DNA of 64,000 nucleotides from the NCBI RefSeq assembly GCF_932526225.1, contig NC_064047.1, forward strand, positions 1,753,027 to 1,817,026, in the 5' to 3' direction. Source of the DNA: Nematostella vectensis (lineage: Eukaryota). The notes below the pieces were generated by a model that had not been told where the DNA came from, did no database searches, and was given only the letters and a program-made list of their open reading frames with translations. Below, one piece after another: positions 51,198 to 63,639 of this stretch; position 1 is the stretch's first letter; the number at the start of each line of letters is the position of its first letter. The position numbers and the translations under genes are program-made.

Positions 51198-54063
51198 GTG
51201 CGTCCATAATTTCACGTAAACTTGATATCAAAGAGTATATAATAATAAAGTAATAGATAAAGACTATTTGCGTTAAGACTTGTCCCTAAACAGTGTGGCC
51301 ATCTTACGAAAATCTCAAAATGAAAGAGTTTGTGTTTAGGCCACGTCAAATGCAAGACAAATAGCCTTTCTTTTTTATCTTGCTGTCCTCCGTTGTATTG
51401 CGACCCGCGTTTTCAAAACACGATTTGTTTTGGTTTTCTGTTCCGTCAGTAAAACCATTTTGATCCAATCAGAGTCTTGCTTTGTGCACTTCCCTGGATA
51501 TCTTCTGGGCGACAGTAAAAGAATTAACAAAAAAAGGAGAAATAAACTTTGTTTACATTACATTGTTTACCACATAGTTTTAATGATTAACTATGATTTT
51601 TTACTGACGGAACTATGATCAACACACCATGTCATTGTCATTCATCTTTGTTACTTAAAAAAAAAAGATAATACTAAAATAATCACAGCAAACAATATTT
51701 TTTACTCTTGTTATTTTGCGTCTGTCAACTTTTTATTGGATTTTCGCGATTAAATCTCAAAACTGCGATTTTGATCATTCTGTCACGCAACTCCCGTCAC
51801 GTGACTAATATTTAGAGACAAGTAACTCATCGGCGTCTATTTGAGCAAATGACGAATGTGCGCTAATGAGAGGAAATGCCAACTGAACACTTCAAATCGG
51901 AATCTTCAGGACCGTTTACTTTCTTTGCCAAAACGACTTATCAATATTTACACACGTTTTCTTTATAAGAACGTAAAATTTTCAGCTTTGGCTAGGCCTT
52001 GTTTTAGAGCATTCTAAGGCTGAAAATGTTCTTGAATTTTAGTTTTTTATTTAGGTATTCGAAAATAAAAAAAAATGAATTATTACAAGAGAATAACACA
52101 AATTTTCTAGAGTAATAAGTAGAAAAGTTGTTATTATGAACACGATTGATTCTGCGTTTCAGAACGCATCACACAGAGTCTAGAGCTTCGTTTGTTACTA
52201 TGCGCTATAATTTCCAACATTTGCCTTTTCGTAATAAGAAATGTTTTCATCTTGGTAAATTGAATTAAGAGCATCTGTCTTTTCCGCTGAGTAACTATTA
52301 ACACATTTTCTTGCGCAAAGGAAATTCATTTTAAGATCCACCTGGAAGGTTAGATATAAAAAGAAGAATAAGAAACAGAGAAAGCCAAAAGAGAAAAAAG
52401 GACAGAGATACTCGGAGATGACAGAGAGGCAAAGATAGGGAACAAGATGTGAGGCCACATAGGGGACGAATGTTTAATAAAGCAAGAGTGGAGGCAAACC
52501 CTCGTTGCCAATCCCCCGACAATTCTTTAATCTCACATGGACCGAATGGAGGAATTCTAATCAACAAACTACATAACGGCATCCGTGAATCTAAAGCTTT
52601 CAATTAATTCTACTATAGACGACTAATGGATAAATGTCATTCCGTCAGAACAGTGCGTCTAAATAGTATGATTCATCGCTTGATTTGCCAAAGGCTTCCG
52701 TCAGATCCCGTCGGACTTTGTTCCCCCAGGTCCAGTTTCCTGTCATCCGCATTTCAGACTTCTTGTAGAGCAGAAAGCGAATGTCTGTGACGCTTGAAAA
52801 ATACCGCTCTTCGATGCCTGTGTTCACGCGCACAAATAAATATCTATCCAGGTTATCTAGTTTGAGTTTTCATCTAACAATGGTACCTTTATAAGCGGCT
52901 TGTAACCGTTTAAAATACGTTTAGCAACGAGCAAGAGAGCAAGCTTTAGCTGAGCATGTTAAAAATATCAAGCAAAAGTATGCTTGATTAGAATTTAGCA
53001 AGCGATAAACACTATTTACTTTCTTAATCAGAATGAATGATTCCATTGTCGATGTTTCTTTATCATTGTCAAAATCAAATATCTATCTTTTTCACTAAGC
53101 TTTAAAGATGGAGATGCAGCATAAAAAATACAAAATATTGAAAAAAAAATTGAAAATGTTGCTTAAAGGGGAACGCTACTTTTGACGCTAAACCAACCCC
53201 AGTCTTCCCTGCGTGATCTCGCTTTTAAATTTTAGCTTTGCTTTACTTACAGAGACCAGCTTGTTCTGTGTTAGAATAAAAAAAGATGTAAAGTGTCCGT
53301 ATTCAAAGGATGTTCAGTCGAGACGAATTACCGCATCAGTGTAAAAAATACGAATACCGCCACCACGGTGATGGGATACTTTCCTTCGACCCACAGTCTC
53401 CCAGACATAAAACATGGAAACCCGGAAGAATGTTTTTTTTTTGTAGTTACCAAGTTAGACAAAAAATATCAGATATTGACCCATAATTTCTTTCAACGGT
53501 TTGGTGAAATAAATACTGATCGGGTATCACAAAGGAAACACGGTTTGTGTAGAAATCGCTTCATTTCTTGTTAATGGGAAATAAAACGTTTGGCATGAAG
53601 TTTTTCTTTTTGGTCGCTCTTACGTAACGGTCGCCACTGCGGCCTAGAGGTGAAAATCCGCGTATTCGTTAGGGAAATTGATCTTCCTAGCAACAGGAAT
53701 AGCCTAAAAGCGAAAATGAATCGAAAACGCGTTAACGTGATTGAGACCTGTTTTGTTTCCCATCGTAGTTTTTAGGCAAAGGATGTTGTGCGAGGGATTG
53801 AAATACACGTTTAGTTACTCCAAAGGAAAAACTAACTGACTCATCGCTAGAATTATAATAATTACGCTTCGTCACGTGGTCCAAAGCCAAAGGAAGTTGT
53901 AAGGCTGCTTATATGTTAGCGACAGCGGTGACCTTAGGCCAGTACACACAGGATGTTCAGCGAGAGAAGTATAGGAGAACCGTCACAAAACCTCCGTCCA
54001 TAAGTACAGGAATGTGATCTTTACGTGTAGAACTCTCTTTAAGAGAGCTTTCATGTTGTTTTA

Positions 54064-54954
54064 ATGGCAAATGCTGGGGCAGGATCGACTAACACGAAAT
54101 CTGCTCAACCAAGCGAGGAACGGGAACTTGTGCTAAAACTACTCAACGAGAAACGGACGTTACTAGGCAAGCTACACGAGGAAAGGAAAGAAACTCTGCG
54201 ATGGAGGAGTGAGTGTTTGCAACTACGGGAAGAAATTCAAGGATTGAAAACTGTTAAATTGCGGACAGGACTTGAGGACTTGTCTGTAGAGTCAGAAAAT
54301 GTTCCGAATGAATCCGAGGATAATGCGAGTGTAGCGCGCGCTTTGCATAAAAAAATCTCAATTCTGCAGTCAAAAATCCAAGAGTTAAGAAAACAAAATG
54401 AGACTTTGGCAAGTCAGAAAAAAGTTTTGGAGAATGAGGTATTCAGACTTGCTAATTCTCTTAGTAGAATCGACCCGACATTAGAGACAGAGTTACTAAA
54501 GGAGCAGTTACTCGTATATGAAGAAGACTTTAAGAAGGAAAAAACTGACAAAGTTAACGCAGAGCAAAAGATATCAAGCTTGCAAGAGGAGATCCGTGAA
54601 TCACAAGAATTAATTTCTAGTTTGACTACAGAGGTAGACATGTATAAGAGAGCATACGAGCGGGAGAAAGAGGAAAAAGAAATTTTGCTAGTCAGTAATA
54701 GCGCGGATAGAAATTCATGTTTAGAACTTCCGCTTTGCACGGGGCCAAGAAGTCAGCCGCATCGTACCAGAACTTTACCTAAGCCTACACTTCAAGTTGT
54801 GTACCCAGTAAGCGATATACAAGAACAACGAGATGATCTTAGACGAAGACAGCAGAGAGCAGGAGTGTATTCAAGAAACGCTCCAAATTCACCCACGAAT
54901 CTGTCGAGTTTTTATAAAGATGCCCTCGAGTCGGACTGTTTTTGGAGCTCGTAA
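54064..54954 (+). CDS. Intronless 296-aa coiled-coil protein with a UBAN (ABIN/TNIP, NEMO, optineurin-type) ubiquitin-binding motif
   Basis: ATG-initiated uninterrupted ORF with heptad-rich sequence. LKEQLLVYEEDFKKEKTDKVNAEQKISSLQEEI fits the UBAN/AHD2 core QLxVYxEDFxxERxDRE of ABIN-1/-2 and is related to the NEMO/optineurin DFxxER motif. Confidence 0.6.
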   Translation: MANAGAGSTNTKSAQPSEERELVLKLLNEKRTLLGKLHEERKETLRWRSECLQLREEIQGLKTVKLRTGLEDLSVESENVPNESEDNASVARALHKKISILQSKIQELRKQNETLASQKKVLENEVFRLANSLSRIDPTLETELLKEQLLVYEEDFKKEKTDKVNAEQKISSLQEEIRESQELISSLTTEVDMYKRAYEREKEEKEILLVSNSADRNSCLELPLCTGPRSQPHRTRTLPKPTLQVVYPVSDIQEQRDDLRRRQQRAGVYSRNAPNSPTNLSSFYKDALESDCFWSS

Positions 54955-57196
54955 GAGGCAGGAAGTTAAAGAGCTATTACCTGATTCACGGTAAAAAAAA
55001 AACTTGGTTGTTTTTCAATTAGTATAAAGGGGAGATATCTGGCGATTTATTAGTTGGGGCTGTTATGAGAGTCAAGGTCTCCGACTGTCAATTCGTGGAA
55101 TATTTTGTGCAAGTCTGACTTCCGTCTTGTAGAAACGTAGTATAATGGACTCTTTTTTCTCAGTAAAATGAGATAAGCAGCAAAAATAGCATTACAAGCC
55201 ACGGGCTCTGGCGCTATGGATTATTTTAACGCTCAAGCCCAATATTCAATTTCCTTTGTCGCGCAGTAATTAATGTAATTTTGTACAGTTCCACAGAGCC
55301 AAATATATATTTGTACATACATTTTTTTCAACGAATAATGACAAAGTTATTAAGGCCAAAAATGTCACAAGAAATCCATAGGTTTTACTTTGCTTACGTC
55401 GTTTCTATTGTATAAACTCACTCTATATCAATAAATTATAATTTTAATATCAAACTCTGTATCTGCTTTTATTATAAACTTTATGTAAATAATGAATCCT
55501 GTATTTTGAATCAAATTCTCCTGGTTTTGAAAAATAATGGAATAATTCGATGTGGTGGTTGCTCTCGACACGGGGAATGGTGCTTTTTGTTACCGGAAGT
55601 ATTTGTCAAAGGTTTGATTGACGTGAGTTTCCTGTCTGTTGTGCTTGACCGTGGTGTGTCACGCCATGTATCGTGCCGTGTCACGCCATACGCCAAAAAG
55701 CGCCGGTTGTTAAGGGATTGTATGAATCAATTCGAATTACTAAATATACCTTTTATAGTCGTAATAGGGTACTAATAACGAAAAGCAGTTGAAATTAATA
55801 TACCACTAATAACAAAAAAGTAAAAAATAGTTATAAAAATATAAATAATCTTATTTTTAGCGATCTTTGAACTTTATATAATTGAGCGTGTCATAAATAT
55901 CTTAATTTAGGGTTGGTGTTTAAAGAATGTCTTTGAACGGATCCTGTGCTTTTGTTTACATTTGAAAATACAACAGTCTATTTAAAAAAATTGGAATAAC
56001 TAAGCAAATGATTATTTTTTTCATCGAAAGCGGCTTAGCTGCTCGCTTGAATGAGCGAAATTCGTAGAAAAACTAGCCAGCAACCCAACAGGCTGCGAAA
56101 AAAATCGAGCAATAAAAAAATAAGTCACCTCTTTGCCATCAGATATCAAATGGTTCGTCCCTTATCCCGAATGCCTGTCACTTCGAAATGAATCAATGCA
56201 AAAGGCAACTGATGTGAAAGGATAAAAAACCATTGTAGCACCCTTGAAATGGGATTCAGAAAACAGACACATTTTGAGCCCCATTAGGAAAGTTCAAATT
56301 ATAGATATTACACCTTCCCTTTTGTATGCCATGTGATAATCAGCAGACGTAGGAAGAGGGGGAGCTTGTGGGGGATGGGATTGGGATAGGAGGGGGCGTG
56401 TAGACCACACCCATCCGGGCTCTAATCACACTTTCGTGGAAACTGATCTTGGCCTGTCACGTACGGCTGCTTGGCCGGGTCGAAGAATTCCATACCAGAC
56501 CACCTTTTCGTTGAGATGGGGTTGAAATTGACAAGCAAGGAAGTCTGATGTGAGACAATGTTGTTATGTGACAAGCCTTCCTGTGCAGATCCATTTGTGC
56601 CGCTCGATGTAGAGCAAGTGAAACGAGCAGTATAATAAGCTCTGTGCCGGAGGGTAACTTGGCTTTGGCCTTTTAAACTCTAGTGTATTAGCGTAGCGAG
56701 TAAAAGAAAGACATATGAATACATTCCCGTTATAGTCCTTTCCCATGAAAACTCAGTTTGCCAAGTATAATGGTTGGCACTTTTATTGGAAGGCTGTTAT
56801 TTTGAAGCTCCTATTTTGGATGTCCTATTTGTATCCAACCTCAGAACAACACGCTGCACAAAATGCTGTCTGCTTTCTTTCAAGCAGAGGAAATCAAATC
56901 TGCTATGCATCAAATGTGGTTATTGATACCACAAAATTCGGCTCATTGATTTGCTCGCGAAAGATTACCAACAAGTTCCGTTGCGTCTGCATATTACTCG
57001 CTGACAGACAACAAACCGGCCGAACCGCAACCTCCTGATAAGGGCAAGCTACTGAGCCAACTGTTAGCATTGCTTAAAAGCGCTTTCACCGGCTTTTATG
57101 TAGTAAGGGCGTGTTGTATAGCTCCTGCGCTATGCTATAAGACGCCGCAAATTGTTTAACCGCAAGTTGGATAATGAAAAATCTACAAGGGCAGGC

Positions 57197-57343
57197 GTAC
57201 CCAGGATTTGTTGGGGGGGGGGGGGGGGGGGGGGAAGGTGGGTGTTTATGCAGTAATAGTAATGGAAATGAATAATTTAACGACCCTTCAATATACAATG
57301 ACCCCCTTCTTTGCGGCAACTGCGCAACCCCCAGGGTACGCGC
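57197..57343. repeat. Short G-tract element related to family C/D (TIR-like gcgtacccagg .. ccagggtacgcg)
   Basis: Direct inspection. 20-nt G-run. Confidence 0.5.
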
Positions 57344-57671
57344 GTGAATAAGTAATGAGACCATGGTGAAAACGATACGTTGCTTCTGCCCCATAGTCGA
57401 TCTTATATAGCCTACACAACCTTCATGTGTTGAATTGTGCCGTGGTTTTCATTTGCGGTCGTCACTAACACTAGAGTTAGTTGACATTGAAGCGCTCTAT
57501 TGCACTGGATCGTTGAAAGCCATGACCTCTCTTTTTGTCATAGCCCTGTTTCAAATTACCCGTGGTGCCCTCTGATGCTCGATATCCTCGATAAGGACGA
57601 ATAGTTCAATGACAGCCAACACTATCAGAAAATGACAACGCACATACCAGGGATTAATTTTCTGGAGCTTA

Positions 57672-57950
57672 GATAATAAAATGCAAGGGCACACAATGAA
57701 CCCCGCCCTATCGAGTGGTTAGGCATTTATAAGTACATGAATAATTGCCCGTATAACCGATCGGGACGATTTTTTCCCAAGCATCCGCTCCCAGCGCCCC
57801 CAAAATTATTCTCAGCACCACTAGTTCGACTCCACAAATTTGCCAGCAGAACCATTCGGGACGATTATTTTCCAACCGAGGGTTCTAACACTTTCCCAGC
57901 CAGCAAAAAACGGGTTGCGGAACAGCTCCGTTTTGTTCCCTGCAAAACTT
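57672..57950. repeat. Element family E, second copy; the right terminus is degenerate
   Basis: Homology to 8714-9100. Confidence 0.7.
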
Positions 57951-58695
57951 TGATATTTGTAAAGCGGTTGCATTTATGCGGACTATTCTCTATATGACTG
58001 TTTACTATGAGGCTAAGACAACCATGCATCATTATTCTGATCACTGATGGCCTACACGCGCGGCAGGCTCTTATTTTGTTGGTGCCCTGTGGGTTGAGCC
58101 CACAGGGAGTGTAGCCTTGGGCGAGGCTACCGAGACCCATGGAAATCGTAAAGGAACACAGAGAAAAAATAATGACAAATTTGATAGTGGAAACTAAAAA
58201 TGAAAAGACATTCAGTGTATCATCCTGTTTTCTATGGCTAGACCTCGCACTCACGCTTTCTGGCACGAAAATATCGACAAGTTCCGCTGAACCTGTTTAA
58301 AATTCCTGTTTGCTTTATACCAGCCCCCAAAACTGTATCTATTTCCTCCTATCACAGCTGTCTTTCCCCTCCCAACCATTCCCCCAATAAATGCTGATCT
58401 TCAAGAAGAAATCCATTGTGCTTGTTTAGATTTTCCAAGATTTTGAATTCTCCGGCACACTTCACAGAAACGCCGTGTGCTTTCATGATGCTTGCGAAGT
58501 CTAGCCATGAAAAACATCTTGTAATACCGCTAATAGAATCTTGTTGTTCCCAAAGGTCCTGAAAAGAAGGGGGGTGGGGGGGTGGGTGGGATCTGCATTT
58601 AAAACTGTTAGGTAAAATACCGTTTTTAAAATGAAGCACTCAATTCTTGCGGGTAATGTTATCAGGTAATCACTTGACGGTTCCAATTCTTAATT

Positions 58696-59796
58696 TTGCC
58701 ATATTCTGATGTTCATGCTAGGCTAATCGTAGACGGAGAGCTAACTCGTGCATTTGAATACAACTGTGGTGTCAAGCAAGGATGTAAGTTAGCACCAACT
58801 CTATTCGGCATCTATGCTGCTGTCCTGCTCTGGTTGGCCTTTAATAAAATTGAACACACCTGCAGCATCAAGATAAGATTCCGATTTGATGGTAATCTCT
58901 TCGATCTTCGCAGGCTCAAAGCAAAAACAAAAGTCCTTACGGAATTCATCAGAGAGGCACAGTACGCTGACGATATCGCCTTATTTAGCGATACCCCAGA
59001 GGGTCTGCAGTCTTTACTTACATCGTACAATGAACTTGCTAAGAGAATGGGGATGCGCATTAACACTAAAACGACGGAGACTATGTGTATTGGTAATACT
59101 GCCGACTTTTATGTTGATGGCATTAAGCTGGTCAATGTTACTCACTTTAAATACCTTGGTAGTATCCTGTCAAGTGACTGCTCAATGAGAGCGGAGCTCA
59201 CATCTCGTATACAAGCTGTATCATGTGCTTACGGTCGCCTTCGAAAGAGAGTTTTCGACTCACGTGATCTCACCGTACCAACCAAGATCGCTGTTTATAA
59301 TCAATGTCTAATGCCTCTCTTATTGTACGGTAGTGAGACATGGACTGTATATCAGCATGAAGTTAGAGAACTTCGTACTCTGCAACAACGCCATTTACGC
59401 CTAATCCTCAAGATCAAGTGGGATGACTATATAAGCAATGAAGACGTCCTCCGTCGTGCAAACGTAGATGATATTGAAACAAAATTAGCTAGAAATCGTC
59501 TCCGCTGGCTTGGTCACCTCTGCCGAATGGACGATGACAGAGTGCCTAAGCAGCTGTTATTTTCGGAGCTAGAACACGGGTCTCGCCCAGTTGGTCGTCC
59601 TAAACTAAGATTCAAGGACATTTTGAAAAAAGACCTCAAAATTGGATGCGTCCTTGAAGCGTGGAACTATCATGTACATAATAGAAAGGAATGGAGGGCG
59701 ATCACAAATAACATCTGCACGTCATACGACAAAAGAAGATATGAAACCTATTTAAAACAAAGGGAAGCTCGCCGTAAAAGGGCGGAGAACAGTTAA
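58696..59796 (+). CDS. LINE ORF2 fragment (C-terminal half of the reverse transcriptase, plus C-terminal region)
   Basis: GVKQGCKLAPTLFGIY (RT motif), YADDIALF (catalytic YxDD box), ..RLRWLGHLCRM..GRPKLRFKDIL.. C-terminal motif typical of RTE/CR1/L2-type LINEs. 366 codons without a stop. Confidence 0.85.
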   Translation: MPYSDVHARLIVDGELTRAFEYNCGVKQGCKLAPTLFGIYAAVLLWLAFNKIEHTCSIKIRFRFDGNLFDLRRLKAKTKVLTEFIREAQYADDIALFSDTPEGLQSLLTSYNELAKRMGMRINTKTTETMCIGNTADFYVDGIKLVNVTHFKYLGSILSSDCSMRAELTSRIQAVSCAYGRLRKRVFDSRDLTVPTKIAVYNQCLMPLLLYGSETWTVYQHEVRELRTLQQRHLRLILKIKWDDYISNEDVLRRANVDDIETKLARNRLRWLGHLCRMDDDRVPKQLLFSELEHGSRPVGRPKLRFKDILKKDLKIGCVLEAWNYHVHNRKEWRAITNNICTSYDKRRYETYLKQREARRKRAENS

Positions 59797-59844
59797 ATAC
59801 AAACTGTGCTATACCCGTTCGCGGGTGCAGGCGCTTATATATAT
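58701..59844 (+). mobile_element. 5'-truncated non-LTR (LINE) retrotransposon insertion flanked by a 34-bp perfect target-site duplication
   Basis: Identical 34-mer taatcacttgacggttccaattcttaattttgcc at 58667-58700 and 59845-59878. The insert begins inside the RT domain and ends in a (TA)n tail. Confidence 0.8.
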
Positions 59845-61298
59845 AATCACTTGACGGTTCCAATTCTTAATTTTGCCTTTTGTCATAAAATTTGACAAAT
59901 CACTTCGGTGGAACTCTGTCGTTGGAGTTATTTTAAGATAAGGGATTGTTTGAGAGTGAAGACAGGTGAAGACGGTTTGGTTTTGGCTGATCTGACGAAG
60001 TCAACAGGAATTTAAACCCACAAGGACAGCTTAGCGGAACTCGGTTCGTGCCAGACAGCATGGGTAAGATCCTGCCTTGAAACAGGATCCGAAAGATCGA
60101 GTTTCTTTCTTTTATTTGAAAGCAAAATATCCTCAAATAAATGTGTAGAATCTATGTATAAAATTAAAAAGGGTATTGGACATTCATACAACACCTATCG
60201 ATGATGAAACTTTGCACGTACGGAACATAGGAACCGTCTTTCCTATTCTCTGAGAGGTCTTACACGTTATATAAACGTACACGGCCGCTAATTGATTGTG
60301 TGCTGCCATGGGCTTTGTTTGCAGCGCAGTCTTGTAACGGTCGATGCCATCGATTATGATGCTAAGAAGTCATACGGTTATAACTTTATTTTTAAAAGCA
60401 TTCTGAAAGTATATACACACTATTTCCATACACTGGAGGGTACGATTTTCCAATTAGCGACAGGTAATATTTAAGAAGACGCGACGTGTGCCTCAAAACT
60501 AAACAAGGAATACTTTGTTCGGTTTTTACTATCTGAAACTACTAAAACTACCATCTGTGACTATCTGAACCCTTCTAATACAACACTGTTAATACAACTG
60601 TGACCCATTGAACCTCTAACAAAAGTTGTTTGGCCGTAGTTTTCGGATAAAAGCGCAACTATTCTTCGAACTTTGTACAGTAATGGCGTGAAGACAAAGA
60701 GACGCATCAATAGTTAAGTTTGCAAGGTAGGTTTTTGGTCAAATCTTCGTGTGCTATAAGCTGCAGTATTGATAACGTGCTACTGTGACTTTACGACAAA
60801 AAAAAAAACAAGTAAAAATTGTTTAAATCAGACCAAAAATTAATCCTTGTTACAGTTAAAACGGCCCTTATTCCCCTTGCGCAAGTGTTGTAGAAAGAAC
60901 AGACCTAAAGAATTTATAGTTTCACTGTTCTATATCATACAATGGTGGTATTATTTGCTAGTTGGCCCCTGAATAGTCTTTGGCGAGCACTAGCTTACGA
61001 GCACCCCGTTTTTAGTTGTTCAATAAATCGCAGCGGGCACATCGAAAAATGCGATGCGATCACGGCGGAAATAATTGCGCGAGTATGCGAGCATTAGCCG
61101 AAAACTGCGAAATTTCGGGGGCCCTAGTTGTCGATCTTACACTTCCCGATTATATTGGGACTCCTGTGGCTAGTCTCCAGACTACTTGAATAACCGCGGC
61201 CAAAGATTGGAACGCCTGACGAGAATTGTATTTACCCGCAAAAGAATTAGAGAAAGTCCAACACTTTAAAGAGAGAAGATTCTATAAACAACGCCAAA

Positions 61299-61507
61299 AT
61301 GTCGTACTATTCGGGTGGGGGAGGTTATTCCCCTGCTAAAGTGAACTATTTACCCAACATTGACCCTAATTTATTGGCGACTGTGCGAGACGAAATGTTA
61401 CGAAAAGAAGAAGAGCAAAAACGCGAACACCAAAGAAGAGAGGTAGAGCAGAGGAAAGTGACCGAGTACCTTACACAGCTACAGGCGCTAGTCAGGAGTA
61501 TTCCCAG
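61299..61507 (+). CDS. DGCR6: DGCR6-like exon 1 (ATG start)
   Basis: ..RKVTEYLTQLQALVRSIP resembles DGCR6 ..ERHYQLLSALQSLVKELP. Donor cccag|gtaata. Confidence 0.7.
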
Positions 61508-62009
61508 GTAATACGGCATGAACAGAGCTAACAAAGGAACTTTGGTCAAATTAAATGTAAGCGTTTTTATAGCTTCATTCTAACGCGCGCTTTGACGGAC
61601 TATTTTCCTTTGAATAACAAATGGCTGTAAGTGGTATACCACATCATTGATCTAAATAGTTCGCCAGAGAAATATTGTCAGTAAAACACTACTGTCAATA
61701 GAAAATTGCATTTTGAACTTTAGAAACCATAAACACAAAGCCATTTGGTGTTAAACCATGAATAAATTTTGTCAAACATGTACTAAAATATCGAGTAGTG
61801 TTATAGAAGTACTGTACCTGTTGAAAAAAAAAATGTCACAGTAATACCCCTAAAACTGAAAAGAAAGAACCATAAGACGTTCGTGTAGCTACTACAGCAA
61901 GTATTTACAACTGTAATGTTATCATAGGTTATTTCTTAGTATAATCATATATAAAAAGTATTGATAAATGGTATAAGACTCACAAGGATTAAAAAAAAAG
62001 AAAAAATCC

Positions 62010-62095
62010 GTTGGGAGGACTTGAACCCATGACCTTATACAACCTACGGACTCTGATCGCAGACCTGAACCTCTAAGCCACAAAGCCTGCACCAG
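62010..62095 (-). pseudogene. tRNA-like fragment, probably a SINE or tRNA pseudogene remnant
   Basis: The minus strand reads ..tggcttagaggttcaggtctgcgatcag..gggttcaagtcctcccaacgg, with a canonical T-loop GGTTCAAGTCC. I could not fold a complete cloverleaf; the acceptor strands do not pair. Confidence 0.25.
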
Positions 62096-62587
62096 AAAAT
62101 GTGGATACTACAATATTATTACATAGTGCTTGTATTGAACTGTTCAAAAAGACACGCCGAGCATGTCAAATTCCAGTTACTTTTCTCTTTTACAAAGATA
62201 AAATGCAGCTACAATTGATCACATTACTGTTGTACAATATGTATTTTGCATAATAATCTAAAAAATGCAAAATCATCAATCGATAAGTAGATTTGCGGGG
62301 GCATGTTTTTGTACGAAACAATATGTTTGAACCTACAGAGAACCTCAATAAAGCAACTTGATTTAATGTAAAAAATAATCGGATACGGGCGAAAAAATGT
62401 AACGATCATATCCCCAAGTGTATCTGAGGTCAAATTTTCCCAGCAAACCCCGTGACCAAACTTACTTTTTTGGGTGACGTGATGACATAGTAGCTACTTG
62501 CACATGCGCAGTAGCTACAAAAATGAATAAAAGTATAGGCTAGTGCAAGATGTCAGATGTACAATGTTCATCCTCTTTTCTTCACAG

Positions 62588-62748
62588 TAAATACAAGGGC
62601 AAATTCACATATGATGTTTTGGCAGATGTAGCAACCTCATTGCTAGATGGGACTGTTTTTGAGATTGTCAAGGGTTTGGAAGATATTCAACAACTGACAG
62701 AAAGAAATCTACTTAACAAAAGAATGAAAGTTATTAATTCACATAAAG
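62588..62748 (+). CDS. DGCR6: DGCR6-like exon 2
   Basis: ..[41 protein letters not shown] resembles DGCR6 ..[38 protein letters not shown]. Bounded by cacag| and g|gtacat. Phase-consistent. Confidence 0.9.
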
Positions 62749-62789
62749 GTACATGTGAGACATTAATAATCATAGAATGACCAGGAGCG

Positions 62790-62945
62790 TATCAATGACC
62801 AGGGGGGTGGCCCAGGGGGCCTGGGCTCCCCCTTTCTAGCCAATAAATATATTAAGTCTTTGTTGTTATGCCTCAGTTGGAAAAGAATGTTCTTTAGAAA
62901 TCACTTTGCTCCCCCCCCCCCCCAAGCAAAAATCCTGGCTACGCC
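62790..62945. repeat. MITE family D, second copy (right end identical to the 5330 copy)
   Basis: ..caaaaatcctggctacgcccctg. Confidence 0.65.
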
Positions 62946-63202
62946 CCTGTCAACACTGTTTATGAGATGCTGTGGTAGGGTTTAAACAAAATCAATCCCA
63001 ATCTTTATTCTTTTTTAAATATATTAAGAACCTTATTCTTCTTTGGAGGGTGACTAAAATGGTAAATTTTAATCCTAGCAGGTTCTGTAAACTGACCAGC
63101 AAAACACATTAGCACATGGTGGGAACCTCTTGTTCCACATAAAGAATAAACATACTTTATCTCATAGTGCAAATTCCATGACATTCCTAATGATTTTTTT
63201 AG

Positions 63203-63309
63203 TGCAAAGAATGGAGCAGGCCAAGAAACACAAGGAAGAGATAGAGAAGAACCAACACCGCCCACACCACATTCCTATAGTGGAGAAGACAAATGAGGAA
63301 GACAAGGAG
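63203..63309 (+). CDS. DGCR6: DGCR6-like exon 3
   Basis: ..KKHKEEIEKNQHRPHHIPIVEK.. resembles DGCR6 ..RQKHQEAQQACRPHNLPVVQA... Bounded by ttttag| and gag|gtacag. Confidence 0.8.
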
Positions 63310-63341
63310 GTACAGTGTTATGATACAGTTATACTACTTAA

Positions 63342-63592
63342 AGCCGCATTGTCACCAGTTTACTTCCGGAGGTCCGACAGAAACCTCAACCGTTAAAAGA
63401 CAAAAGAATCTACTAGAATCCGAGATATTTAACAGGCCATCCGCTCTAAATTATCAATCACATCCTTAAAGAAACTTCCAATACCCACTACTTTCCATAT
63501 TTTGAAATATTTTTCGCTTCTTCCGTTAAAAATCATCGGAAATTGTTACGTAATCCACCGGAAGTAAACTGGTGACAATGCGGCTTTAAGCA
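63342..63592. mobile_element. MITE family A copy 4, inserted 32 bp downstream of DGCR6-like exon 3
   Basis: Bounded by TA|aagccgcattg..caatgcggctt|TA. Its internal sequence is collinear with copy 1. Confidence 0.85.
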
Positions 63593-63639
63593 TCACTACT
63601 AGTTTTAAAAGCCATTATAAGGCTAGGTAGGGCGAATCA

